Shown piece by piece: positions 1 to 8,208 of a DNA stretch of 17,345 nucleotides (its first letter is position 1; the number at the start of each line of letters is the position of its first letter). Below the pieces are notes generated by a model that was not told the origin of the DNA, did not search any database, and saw nothing but the letters and a program-made list of their open reading frames with translations. Made by a program: the position numbers and the translations under genes. Source of the stretch: a virus (lineage: Duplodnaviria > Heunggongvirae > Uroviricota > Caudoviricetes). The stretch lies in the IMG/VR virus record IMGVR_UViG_2713897073_000004; one strand, 5' to 3'.

Positions 1-153
1 ATGAAAAACATTGCAGCTATAAAACGTAATAACCGCAAGATTCACGCTCGTAAGTTCCTGTCTACGCCAGAGGGAAAAGCCTGGCTAGAGCGTAAACAGC
101 GAGAGAACGAAGAAAGAAAACTCCTTAGTGAGTTGAAATGGCTTAAGGATTGA
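1..153 (+). CDS. small hypothetical protein (50 aa), or the last 50 codons of a longer gene cut by the window edge
   Basis: ATG at position 1, open for 50 codons to TGA at 151-153 (MKNIAAIKRNNRKIHARKFLSTPEGKAWLERKQRENEERKLLSELKWLKD); basic and helical-looking; a strong hairpin follows 10 nt later. Absent from the ORF track because it is under 60 aa. Confidence 0.35.
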   Translation: MKNIAAIKRNNRKIHARKFLSTPEGKAWLERKQRENEERKLLSELKWLKD

Positions 154-162
154 ATCACCAGT

Positions 163-206
163 AGGCGCATAACACATCCAGCAATCAAAGATGTGTTTGT
201 GCGCCT
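163..206 (+). terminator. stem-loop after the first ORF; tentative intrinsic terminator
   Basis: AGGCGCATAACACATC (163-178), 11-nt loop, GATGTGTTTGTGCGCCT (190-206): about 16-bp imperfect inverted repeat starting 10 nt after the stop. The T-run (226-231) is 20 nt downstream rather than adjacent, so the terminator call is weak. Confidence 0.3.
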
Positions 207-703
207 GATAGTGAAATTATTAAAGTTTTTTAGTTAATGTAGCCATTGCATGAACGATGATCGCTAGTGAATCGATTTTATCTCGAGGGGTAAAATAGAT
301 GAGGTATATGATGGTAACAATTACAGCTAAAGTAATTGTGGTTCTGCAGGTTTTTAAAATGGATAAGATAAAGCGCATAGATACCCCCTATTGATTTAAC
401 AACAACAAGGTATCATTTATTTTTTATTGCATGCAATGTGCAAATTTTCACATATAATAGCTTACTATTCACTTTGCATGGTGTCAACAAGATGATGTGT
501 TGTTTTGTTTGATTTGTTCAAGATAATATTTCATTTTCTCATCTATATAACTTGTGTTTTAGATAATTTCACTAATTGTAAAAGTTACGTATTGCTTAAT
601 AGCTGCCTTTTTATCTGAAATCGGCGCAAACGTGATCAATGTTTAACGCGAAGATCAGCGGCGTCAGGTCCATGCAGCGACAATTCTCAAATATCAGGAG
701 GCA

Positions 704-1255
704 TTACGCTTCCTGCTCTTTCTTGATACGTTGCACCGTCTGTGTGCTGACACTGAAATCTTTTGCTACGCTCCGAATTGATCCACCATTCGCGAGAGCG
801 GCAGCAATTCCTGCTCGATCAATTGCTTTTCCATTACCACGTTTTGCTATACGCCCAGCGGCCTTAGCTGCCGCGATCCCTTCACGTTGACGCTCAAGCA
901 TCATTTCACGCTCCATTTGTGCCACTGCTGCAAGCACTGTGAGCATCATATTCCCTGCGGGAGAGTTCTTCCCTGTCTTAAAGTCTTCTTTATGGAAATG
1001 CACAGACACGCCGCGCTCTGTTAATTGCTCAACCGTTGCCAGAAGGTCGGCTGTATTACGACAAAGGCGATCAATACTATGGACGTGTAACACGTCACCC
1101 TCCCGCACATAGTTCATCATTGCCTCAAACTGTGGGCGCTGAGTGTTCTTGCCTGACGCTTTATCTTCAAAGACTTTATCAAGAGTTACTCCAGCTAATT
1201 GACGGTCTGTGTTTTGTTGCACAGTCGATACCCTAATGTATCCAATATTAGCCAT
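704..1255 (-). CDS. serine recombinase, resolvase/invertase family
   Basis: 185-codon minus-strand ORF. Probable start is the second ATG (1255, AAGGA about 8 nt upstream), giving MANIGYIRVSTVQQNTDRQ. N-terminal YIRVST motif with the nucleophilic serine, SIDRLCRN, AVAQMEREMMLERQREG core, and a C-terminal HTH (SIRSVAKDFSVSTQTVQRI). An alternative start at 1261 adds two residues. Confidence 0.88.
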   Translation of the reverse strand: MANIGYIRVSTVQQNTDRQLAGVTLDKVFEDKASGKNTQRPQFEAMMNYVREGDVLHVHSIDRLCRNTADLLATVEQLTERGVSVHFHKEDFKTGKNSPAGNMMLTVLAAVAQMEREMMLERQREGIAAAKAAGRIAKRGNGKAIDRAGIAAALANGGSIRSVAKDFSVSTQTVQRIKKEQEA

Positions 1256-1754
1256 TTTCATTTTCCTTCTGTGTTGATTTGTGTGTAGTGATTATTGATC
1301 GTGTTGATTAGGTGTGTAAAGGACTTTTTTCACTACGAAATTCGAAGGTTTTTAGTGTGGTGATTTAGCCTGCTTTATCACTACACGTCTTGCATGAGAA
1401 TCATGTAGTTACGTTTTGGTAAAATTAGCAAGCTATTAAATAGTGTGTTTATTTTGAAAAAATAATTTTTTGTTGCATTAAAGAAAACTTGTTCGACAAA
1501 TAATAGATTGATTTTTAATCAACAATTTCTGATAGTGCTCTGTAAGCCGCATTACATAAGGCTTTGCGAAAGTGATGTAAAAGTGAAGAAAGCTAACATT
1601 GCACTTTTTAAGCTACTTTTCATTGAATTTTTACGTAGAAATTACACAGGGATTAATCATCAATTAATCTTGAATTTAAGCCTGTTTTTTTAATTTTTGA
1701 TAGCAAGAAACACTTTTAGAAGATCATTGCACAGATGTTATGTGATAAATGGAT

Positions 1755-1878
1755 GTAACGATGGGTTACATTCAGCTATCTGAAATACTCTCTGTAAGAA
1801 ATTTGGTAGTAACGATATTACACATCGGTAGTAACGATACGTTACATCGGCAGATGATTGGTTGTAACGAAAGGTTAC
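1755..1878. repeat. cluster of four GTAAC-N5-GTTAC palindromic sites; candidate iterons or recombinase/regulator binding sites
   Basis: GTAACGATGGGTTAC (1755-1769), GTAACGATATTACAC (1809-1823, degenerate right half), GTAACGATACGTTAC (1831-1845, perfect), GTAACGAAAGGTTAC (1864-1878, perfect). Sites 2 and 3 sit inside a tandem 22-23-bp repeat GGTAGTAACGATA..TTACACATCGG. Centre-to-centre spacings are about 54, 22 and 33 bp. Confidence 0.6.
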
Positions 1879-2628
1879 ACAATAAGACTAACATCTATAA
1901 TACTAATAATAAAACTAACTATTAAACTATATAATATAATTCTTTTTATTTTTATAAGAATAATTATAGGGATACCCGTTAGGAAGTCTTCGAATATCCC
2001 TTAATCTATTGGCATTCGCCAGAACCTTGCACAAGTTAGAGTGTTAGTCGTTAGACTGCTTGTCATAACACATAGTTTTTGTTTGTTGATGTTAGTTAGT
2101 AGATCTATGTTCGCTAATACCGCTCACAACGAATATGTAATCTACTATGTGCAATAACCTTGTGTGCTACGCATTAGCGATGTTAGCACATAGACACAGA
2201 CAACAACCAACAACAAACAAAAAAGAATGGTTTTAGTAGTTGAAGGTTAAATAAGATTCTACCGCTTAAATCAAGCCGTAGGCGAGCTAAACGTATATAA
2301 GGTAGGGAAACACCTTAGCGGTAATAGATTAGCTCGTTATAGAGCTTCTGAGGAGCTTTACAGGTATTTTATAAGATGTCTGAAATCATAGTTTATCTAT
2401 CCACCATCTTTCCATCACCTGATAAATCAAAAATAAGCCCCTTAAATAAACCTCTGACGAGATAAACAGCCATTAGATAAGGCAATGTATTGCTTTTATC
2501 AAAACTTCGTTAGAACGCGTTTTAGAGCGTTTTAGACAATAATGAAGAATAGCACTACACAGGAGAGCACGAATTGCTAAGAAAAAATGTAAGTACATGA
2601 AAAAGATCAGATTTTTTATGAAAAGGTA

Positions 2629-2657
2629 TTGACAAACGTCTCTTTCTGTGCAATAAT
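2629..2657 (+). promoter_or_regulatory. sigma70-type promoter for the small-gene operon
   Basis: TTGACA (2629-2634), 17-nt spacer, AATAAT (2652-2657); consensus -35, 5/6 -10, optimal spacing; about 125 nt upstream of the first operon gene. Confidence 0.5.
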
Positions 2658-2781
2658 AGGTATTAGAGGGACAGGAATAGATTCTTATCCTCTAAATAAT
2701 TAAACCAATGCACCGCACTTTGAAGCCCAAGGCTTGCAAGGTGTTTTTTCTTTTAACCAAATAGAATAAGGAGGCTAATTA

Positions 2782-2958
2782 ATGAAATATTTTACTCCAC
2801 AGGATGTAGTAGAAGCCTGGAAACGTGGTGAGATCAACCGCTTTAAAGTAAGGATGTATAGAAACACCGCTCGCCGTTGTGGTTATCCAGAGCGTGAAAA
2901 ATGTTTTGACGATGCACTGAAAATTATTGATGAACTGCGTAAAGCTGAGAAAGAATAA
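2782..2958 (+). CDS. hypothetical small protein (58 aa), first gene of the AT-rich operon
   Basis: ATG 2782 preceded by AAGGAGG (2768-2774, 7-nt spacer); MKYFTPQDVVEAWKRGEINRFKVRMYRNTARRCGYPEREKCFDDALKIIDELRKAEKE, stop TAA 2956-2958. Not in the ORF track (under 60 aa). The minus-strand track ORF 2779-3012 is its antisense shadow. Confidence 0.6.
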   Translation: MKYFTPQDVVEAWKRGEINRFKVRMYRNTARRCGYPEREKCFDDALKIIDELRKAEKE

Positions 2959-2980
2959 TAGACAAGAGAAGGAGAAAACT

Positions 2981-3148
2981 ATGAGCGAAACCAAGAAACC
3001 AATTCCACGCACTTACCTACACGTTGACCCTGAAATTTTCAAGATTTTATTTTCTGAAGCCAAGAAAAGGCAAGTTATGGTCAGTGATTTGATGTTAGAA
3101 ATCATTACTGAAGCAGCAGAGAACATCAAACAAAAAAAGGGTAAGTGA
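2981..3148 (+). CDS. ribbon-helix-helix (CopG/Arc/MetJ-like) DNA-binding protein, 55 aa
   Basis: Start at the internal ATG 2981 of track ORF 2927-3148, with GAAGGAGA 5-6 nt upstream. MSETKKPIPRTYLHVDPEIFKILFSEAKKRQVMVSDLMLEIITEAAENIKQKKGK shows a beta-strand (RTYLHVD), helix A, short turn, helix B pattern typical of RHH proteins. Fold call is from pattern only. Confidence 0.5.
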   Translation: MSETKKPIPRTYLHVDPEIFKILFSEAKKRQVMVSDLMLEIITEAAENIKQKKGK

Positions 3149-3201
3149 TCCTCATTCACTTTAGTAGCGCATTAAGCGTGATTTATAAGGAGATAATTCT
3201 A

Positions 3202-3882
3202 ATGTCTAAAATTAAATTGATTCGTGAAAAACACCAGTATGTTGATAAACAAACAGGAGAAATTAAAGACCGAACTTTGAATATACCGCATTACTTTTGT
3301 GAGATTGAATTCATCTACTCCTCAAATATTGAGGATGGAAGAGCGAAGTTTAGTGCAGAAATGCAAAAATTATATTGCTATGTTTCAGATTGGGAGAAAT
3401 CAGGGGGGATATGTTTTGAAACACAAACGAAGTTAAGTAAGGTTTGTGGCTGTAGCCGTAAGACAGTTAATGAATTGATTGGTCTTATGATTAAAATCGG
3501 TCTTTTAGAAGAGGTCGGAGAACGAATCCCAAAACGTCCATTAAAATTACGTGCGCTACCTCTCACAGATGCACATATTACTCCCCCTAGAGAGTCATCA
3601 CTACCTGATCCTTCTGAGAAAGAAGACGAATCTAATGAAATATTGAATGTTTCCGAAATCATCCTTGAAGAAGAAACACAGGAATCAGCGTTCCCTGAGC
3701 GGCCCGAAATTTTTACTTGGCTTCTTTCCCTTGATAAGAAGAAACCACCGCACGAAGAAACAGAAGATTTTGTAAAACGTGTATTAGATTCAAAGAATAT
3801 CTATCTTGAGAAACAGGCTTTTCACGATCTGATAATATCTCTAAGAGAAAAAAGTGAAATATACGATTCGATACCCTTCTAG
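3202..3882 (+). CDS. winged-helix DNA-binding protein, HTH_36-like (replication-initiator/regulator type) with acidic C-terminal region
   Basis: Start at MSKIKLIRE (ATG 3202, AAGGAG 9 nt upstream); the track ORF starts earlier at 3145 with no RBS. KLYCYVSDWEKSGGICFETQTKLSKVCGCSRKTVNELIGLMIKIGLLEEV matches the HTH_36 pattern seen in phage/plasmid replication-initiation proteins. C-terminal half is E/D/P-rich. Confidence 0.55.
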   Translation: MSKIKLIREKHQYVDKQTGEIKDRTLNIPHYFCEIEFIYSSNIEDGRAKFSAEMQKLYCYVSDWEKSGGICFETQTKLSKVCGCSRKTVNELIGLMIKIGLLEEVGERIPKRPLKLRALPLTDAHITPPRESSLPDPSEKEDESNEILNVSEIILEEETQESAFPERPEIFTWLLSLDKKKPPHEETEDFVKRVLDSKNIYLEKQAFHDLIISLREKSEIYDSIPF

Positions 3883-3894
3883 GAGAATAAATAA

Positions 3895-4164
3895 ATGACT
3901 TATAACATCACTATAGGAAACAAAACTATTGAAATAACTGAAAGCGGATACAACATTTTAAAAGCTATTTTGGAAATAGAGTTTTCACCACCGACAGTGG
4001 TTAGCTTTTGCAGCTTAGGTTGCTACAGCACCCAACATGTGAACAATTGGTTAAGCCATTTTACATCGTTCGGTGTGCTGGATTATGAAGGGATTAACAG
4101 CACTACATTTCGTCTTTTGAAATTAAACAAAGATTTTGAATTGTTTATCACAAACAATCAATAA
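3895..4164 (+). CDS. hypothetical protein (89 aa)
   Basis: ATG 3895 with AGGAGA 8 nt upstream; 13 nt after the preceding stop; same strand and tight spacing as neighbours. Confidence 0.5.
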   Translation: MTYNITIGNKTIEITESGYNILKAILEIEFSPPTVVSFCSLGCYSTQHVNNWLSHFTSFGVLDYEGINSTTFRLLKLNKDFELFITNNQ

Positions 4165-4260
4165 CAACAGATCGGGCAATACATATGGCAAATGCATTTA
4201 TGGCGATATTCATCGTAACTATGGCATTCAGTTTTTATAATCCACATAAAAAGAGGGAAA

Positions 4261-4644
4261 ATGGGAAGAAAGAAAAAGAACAACTTAAAACGTATTGAAA
4301 AAAACAGTAATTTCAATTCAACAAGACAACGTCCACCGACACACACCAATAACGAAATTCCAGGGGAAGAGATAATCTTTATTCTTGAAACAGAATCCCC
4401 TGAATTAAGTGATCAAGAATTAGAAATAATCCAGTCAATGCCAGGCGTTTACTTTCGCCCAAGAACAAGGAAACAAACTATCATTTCTGATGGCACTCTG
4501 AAACGTTGGCAGCTTTTAGGGTTTAGCTCCTATCATCATTTTTTGGGATTTAACGCTTTCAATAATTGTGTAGGTGGTGCATCGGAAGTCGATCTGATGG
4601 CTCATTTAGAAGATACATTAGCTTCTAACAAACGTTCTAACTAA
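4261..4644 (+). CDS. hypothetical protein (127 aa), basic N-terminus
   Basis: ATG 4261 preceded by AAAAAGAGGGAAA; N-terminus MGRKKKNNLKRIEKN is highly basic. Confidence 0.55.
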   Translation: MGRKKKNNLKRIEKNSNFNSTRQRPPTHTNNEIPGEEIIFILETESPELSDQELEIIQSMPGVYFRPRTRKQTIISDGTLKRWQLLGFSSYHHFLGFNAFNNCVGGASEVDLMAHLEDTLASNKRSN

Positions 4645-4702
4645 TAAAAATGATGGGCGTATGTATAAGCGCCCAATGAAAATATTCAATAAAGGAAAAA
4701 TA

Positions 4703-4933
4703 ATGATTAACTATCAACTATTAGAAACAACATTTTTTAAAGAAGCAAAACAACTTGCAGAAGTGTTTATTTCACTGGCTGAACGAGCAAAAGAAGAAAA
4801 TGATTTTGCCTTGCTTGATGATGTGCTGGATGACATTGCAACCTATCGTATACCGCTACAGATTGCACTAAACAAGGCTAAACAGATTCAGCAAGAGATG
4901 GAATCAGCAGATCAAGGAGAGATTGCACAATGA
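4703..4933 (+). CDS. hypothetical helical protein (76 aa)
   Basis: Start taken at internal ATG 4703 (MINYQLLETTFF...), preceded by AAAGGAAAAA; the track ORF begins at 4661 with no RBS. Stop overlaps the next start (ATGA). Confidence 0.5.
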   Translation: MINYQLLETTFFKEAKQLAEVFISLAERAKEENDFALLDDVLDDIATYRIPLQIALNKAKQIQQEMESADQGEIAQ

Positions 4934-5241
4934 CAGACAACATTCTGGAAGTTATGGACACTCTTTCGGATCGGATGATCACCCTACAGACACGTATCAA
5001 TCAAGCCTATTCAGATTTATGCGATTACACGCTCTCTCAATGCGTAATTAGCTTAATGAAGGTGAATGTAAGCCTTGACGATTTTATCTCTCTGGTGAGC
5101 GATTTAGAGCAGCTATCTGAGGACGATGCCAAGATGTGCACTCAAACCATCACAGACACCGCCAGCACGTTAAAGGCTGCAAGTGAAGAGATTCAGCAAT
5201 TAGTAGATGATTTAGCAAAAAGTGCTATTTTCTCTAAATGA
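4930..5241 (+). CDS. hypothetical acidic helical protein (103 aa)
   Basis: ATG 4930 overlaps the upstream stop in ATGA (translational coupling); last gene of the AT-rich operon. Confidence 0.55.
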   Translation: MTDNILEVMDTLSDRMITLQTRINQAYSDLCDYTLSQCVISLMKVNVSLDDFISLVSDLEQLSEDDAKMCTQTITDTASTLKAASEEIQQLVDDLAKSAIFSK

Positions 5242-6205
5242 TAATGAAAATCATTTGCATTTATAATGATTTTGTTATATAATAATTTTAGGGGTAGATA
5301 AAAAGGTTTTGACTGGTGTTAATCCTTTTCCTGTCATAAATCCCTGCATATGGAAGGTGATAGCCTCAAGGGTTGAGTGGCATTAACCTCTAACAAATAT
5401 TACCTTCCATCTCTCAAGAAGTTTTAGAATAATCATAACTCCCTCTTTGATTGTTGATTGTTTCTACGTTGTGTTGATGAATGTTGTTAGGCATTGTGCT
5501 TAATTTTGATAAAAGCGGGTAGGTGTTATCTCCTTGCCCTTCTCGCTCTTATTTTTCATCTGTGCTTATCCTAAAGCTCCTTATTTTGTCCGAAAACATT
5601 AAAGAGCCTTACACTGATAGTTATATTTTATAACTATTTACTAACATCACTAAACTCATTATTTAATGACAGAAGTTAGTAACAGAATAATCTATTAAGT
5701 TGTTGTCAAAAACAATCATCTGCATAGCGTTAGCCGCAAGCAGAGAGAGTTTAACTAAGAATGGAAGTATTGATAAGTATACCAGTTTACAAAAAAGATT
5801 TTTTCTAAATTGCAAATTCTTTCCAAAGCGGTAGATTACTGTGGTGTAGTTAATCCCTATTAAAATTTAATCTGTGAGTAGATTGGAATAGTGATTCCTT
5901 AAAATCTGACTGGTGCATCCACACCATGAAAGATAGCGGTTTAGCCCACCGCAACCAGAATATCAGGTCTTAGTGATTCCAGTGGGGCAACTCCTAAGAG
6001 CCTTTCTTCTAAGATCTGATATTCACTCTTTAAGCATATCATCAAGTATATTTAAAAAGTGTATTTGCTGATATGTTTAATCCTCTTATAGTTTAACTTA
6101 TCAATTATGTAATTGCCCGCACGTTAAAGCCCCTTTGCTGGTCAGAATTAACCTCTTACGGCATTGGGGCTTTTTATTTGTCTGGCACTAACAGGAACGT
6201 TATTT

Positions 6206-6403
6206 ATGAAACAAGAAATGATTATCAGCAAAGACGGGGAAACGATGATTGTTAGTGATGAAAACCTCATTAAGGTTGCCGCACTGTTGGGAGTTACTCC
6301 TGAAAGTCTTCATTCTACCACTGCTCAATTATTTAAATCGGCTGATGCGGTTAGTCTTGCTGATGCCCTTAAATCTAAAATTAAACAACTGAAAGGAAAA
6401 TAA
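6206..6403 (+). CDS. hypothetical protein (65 aa), first gene of cargo operon
   Basis: Start taken at ATG 6206 (MKQEMIISKDGE...), with AGGAA about 9 nt upstream; the track start at 6164 lies inside a GC hairpin/T-run and lacks an RBS. Confidence 0.5.
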   Translation: MKQEMIISKDGETMIVSDENLIKVAALLGVTPESLHSTTAQLFKSADAVSLADALKSKIKQLKGK

Positions 6404-6407
6404 TCTT

Positions 6408-6791
6408 ATGGCTAACCCATATGGAAAATTAAAAGCAGTGAATGCGGATAATTCCCGTTCACGCTGTAAGGTAGTAGCTTACGCTGCTGATCCAGTGCTG
6501 CAAGATCGCCTCGTCAAACTGGCTTCACCTCTCACTGACGATCTTATTGTCGGGGCTTTGCTGAAAGCCGATGGCACCAAAGCAACAACCGCATCTGATA
6601 TTGCTCACGTAGTAGTTGAACCGGCTTATGAAGGACAGGAAAGCGTAGTGGTTGCACATCCTACTTTCGTTATTCTGGCTGAAGATGGGATTGAATTTAA
6701 CAGCATGGAAAAGGCAAGTGTTATTGCAAAACTGCAATCTCTCGGCTTTGTAATTGCTGGTTATGAAGAACTTGCGATCCCTACGACTTAA
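6408..6791 (+). CDS. hypothetical protein (127 aa)
   Basis: ATG 6408 with AAAGGAAAA upstream, 4 nt after the previous stop; codon usage is more balanced than in the AT-rich operon. Confidence 0.65.
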   Translation: MANPYGKLKAVNADNSRSRCKVVAYAADPVLQDRLVKLASPLTDDLIVGALLKADGTKATTASDIAHVVVEPAYEGQESVVVAHPTFVILAEDGIEFNSMEKASVIAKLQSLGFVIAGYEELAIPTT

Positions 6792-6805
6792 CAAGGAAAA
6801 TAATA

Positions 6806-7837
6806 ATGAATGATTTATCAACATATTTTGGCGTTAATACTGCGGTAGTAACTCCATTTGCTTATGAGAATGCACTTAATACCCTGATTACTAATCTCGA
6901 TCTGTTCGATGTGCAATATCATACAGAAAACAGCATTCTTCTTACCGACCTGATTGATCAGTTTGTGCAGGTAGCTGGGGAAACCTCGCCTTACACTCAA
7001 AGCAGCTGGAACGCCTCTAAACGTCAGGAATGGTCAAACAAACTTTTCCAGATGAAGCACGTCGGCAGTATTAACGCTGTTACTTCTCGTGACCTGGAAC
7101 AATACAGCCGCCAATATCCAAACCGTTCTGATGCTATGCTGGTAGCGGTTAATGATTTCTCTGAGGCTCATTACCGTTCACACGCAAACCGTGTTGAAGT
7201 GGATCTGATTACCGCGCTGCTGGGACTGAAAGTTGAATCTGAATATGCCGGACAAGGTGATCTCGACTTCCTCGACGGTCAGGCTAAAACCACGGTACCC
7301 GCTATCGACTTTGCATCGACTAGTGTTAACCCGTTCCTTGCTATTCGTAAAGCGGTGCGCTTACAGAGTGAAAAGCTGGGGTCTGGTCTTGCTGCAAAGC
7401 GAACTGGTGTAATTATCTTTGCTGCTGGCGCTGCTGCTGATGGTTTGTCATCTAACCCGCTGATCAGTGACATGGTGAAATATGCAGGTGATGCGAGTGC
7501 TACGGCCCTGTTTACCCGTATGGTTGATTCTAACCCAGCCTATGACTCTTTCCAGATTGGTGGGATCACTGTTATTGATGTGTCAATGTTTCCTGAGATT
7601 GTTGCTCACATCGGAGAGAACGGTTTCGCAATTGTTCCGGTAATGGATAAGTCGGCACAGTGTTACCAGCTTCATAGCGGCGTTGGTGTGCGTCATGCTG
7701 AGTTAGGTCAAGATGCCGTGTTACATCACCAATATCTAATCAAGGATGAATTCCAATTCCCATCTGTGGTTACTGAGACATCTTATCTGCCAGTAAACAA
7801 CATTCCGCAAGCTATCATCTTCGGATCTGCTGCGTAA
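6806..7837 (+). CDS. hypothetical protein (343 aa), no recognisable catalytic motif
   Basis: ATG 6806 with CAAGGAAAA upstream; long clean ORF 14 nt after the previous stop. No Walker, HUH or nuclease motif found by eye. Confidence 0.75.
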   Translation: MNDLSTYFGVNTAVVTPFAYENALNTLITNLDLFDVQYHTENSILLTDLIDQFVQVAGETSPYTQSSWNASKRQEWSNKLFQMKHVGSINAVTSRDLEQYSRQYPNRSDAMLVAVNDFSEAHYRSHANRVEVDLITALLGLKVESEYAGQGDLDFLDGQAKTTVPAIDFASTSVNPFLAIRKAVRLQSEKLGSGLAAKRTGVIIFAAGAAADGLSSNPLISDMVKYAGDASATALFTRMVDSNPAYDSFQIGGITVIDVSMFPEIVAHIGENGFAIVPVMDKSAQCYQLHSGVGVRHAELGQDAVLHHQYLIKDEFQFPSVVTETSYLPVNNIPQAIIFGSAA

Positions 7838-7977
7838 TAAAGCATTAATAGACGATTCCCCATAGGGGCAATAAGGTAAGGGATAATCATATAAGTAAAA
7901 TATGCGCTGTCTCTTGCCCTTATTTTTTTTCTACTGTCTACAGACCCAAATAAAAATATATATGTGAGAGAAAACCA

Positions 7978-8190
7978 ATGAACGCAGAAAATTCACAGGC
8001 ATTAATTCTTAAATCTGTAAAAGAACTGGCAGCTATTAGCGAGGAATCAGTTATAAACACATCGGCGCTTTGCCGCCTTTTAGAAATTGATGCAAATAAT
8101 GTGCGGCAGCGTGTGTTTCAGACTGGATGCAGCACTTTTGAAGCAATTGCATACTACTGTTCTAAAAACAATAACAAACAACAATTATAA
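7978..8190 (+). CDS. small putative HTH protein (70 aa)
   Basis: ATG 7978; segment NTSALCRLLEIDANNVRQRV looks like a helix-turn-helix; sits directly upstream of the 613-aa gene. Confidence 0.5.
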   Translation: MNAENSQALILKSVKELAAISEESVINTSALCRLLEIDANNVRQRVFQTGCSTFEAIAYYCSKNNNKQQL

Positions 8191-8208
8191 TGCAGGGAAA
8201 CTATTAGA

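Noticed and set aside
639-890. Plus-strand track ORF (83 aa)
   Set aside because: Antisense to the 3' end of the well-supported serine recombinase gene; no RBS; arginine/alanine-rich shadow-frame translation.
1036-1236. Plus-strand track ORF (66 aa)
   Set aside because: Lies entirely inside the serine recombinase gene on the opposite strand.
1508-1693. Plus-strand track ORF (61 aa) in the AT-rich region
   Set aside because: No RBS, low-complexity hydrophobic translation, and located in a repeat/promoter-like AT-rich region.
2779-3012. Minus-strand track ORF (77 aa)
   Set aside because: Antisense to two plus-strand genes that each have strong SD sequences (2782-2958 and 2981-3148).
3378-3662. 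Minus-strand track ORF (94 aa)
   Set aside because: Shadow ORF inside the HTH_36 gene.
4158-4349. Minus-strand track ORF (63 aa)
   Set aside because: Overlaps the start region of the 4261 gene antisense; cysteine/phenylalanine-rich junk translation.
5891-5980. Short repeats TAGTGATTCC (x2) and TGACTGGTG (x2) in the ORF-free region
   Set aside because: Nine- to ten-mers repeated twice are not statistically distinguishable from chance.
6525-7000. Minus-strand track ORFs 6525-6824 and 6818-7000
   Set aside because: Antisense to the 6408 and 6806 genes; no RBS.
7279-7473. Minus-strand track ORF (64 aa)
   Set aside because: Shadow ORF inside the 343-aa gene.
5530-7947. Shared motif CTC(C)TTGCCCTT followed by a T-rich run at about 5530-5560 and about 7911-7930
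   Set aside because: An 11-mer shared by two sites is expected by chance many times in 17 kb, and the alignment needs an indel; too weak to call a regulatory motif.
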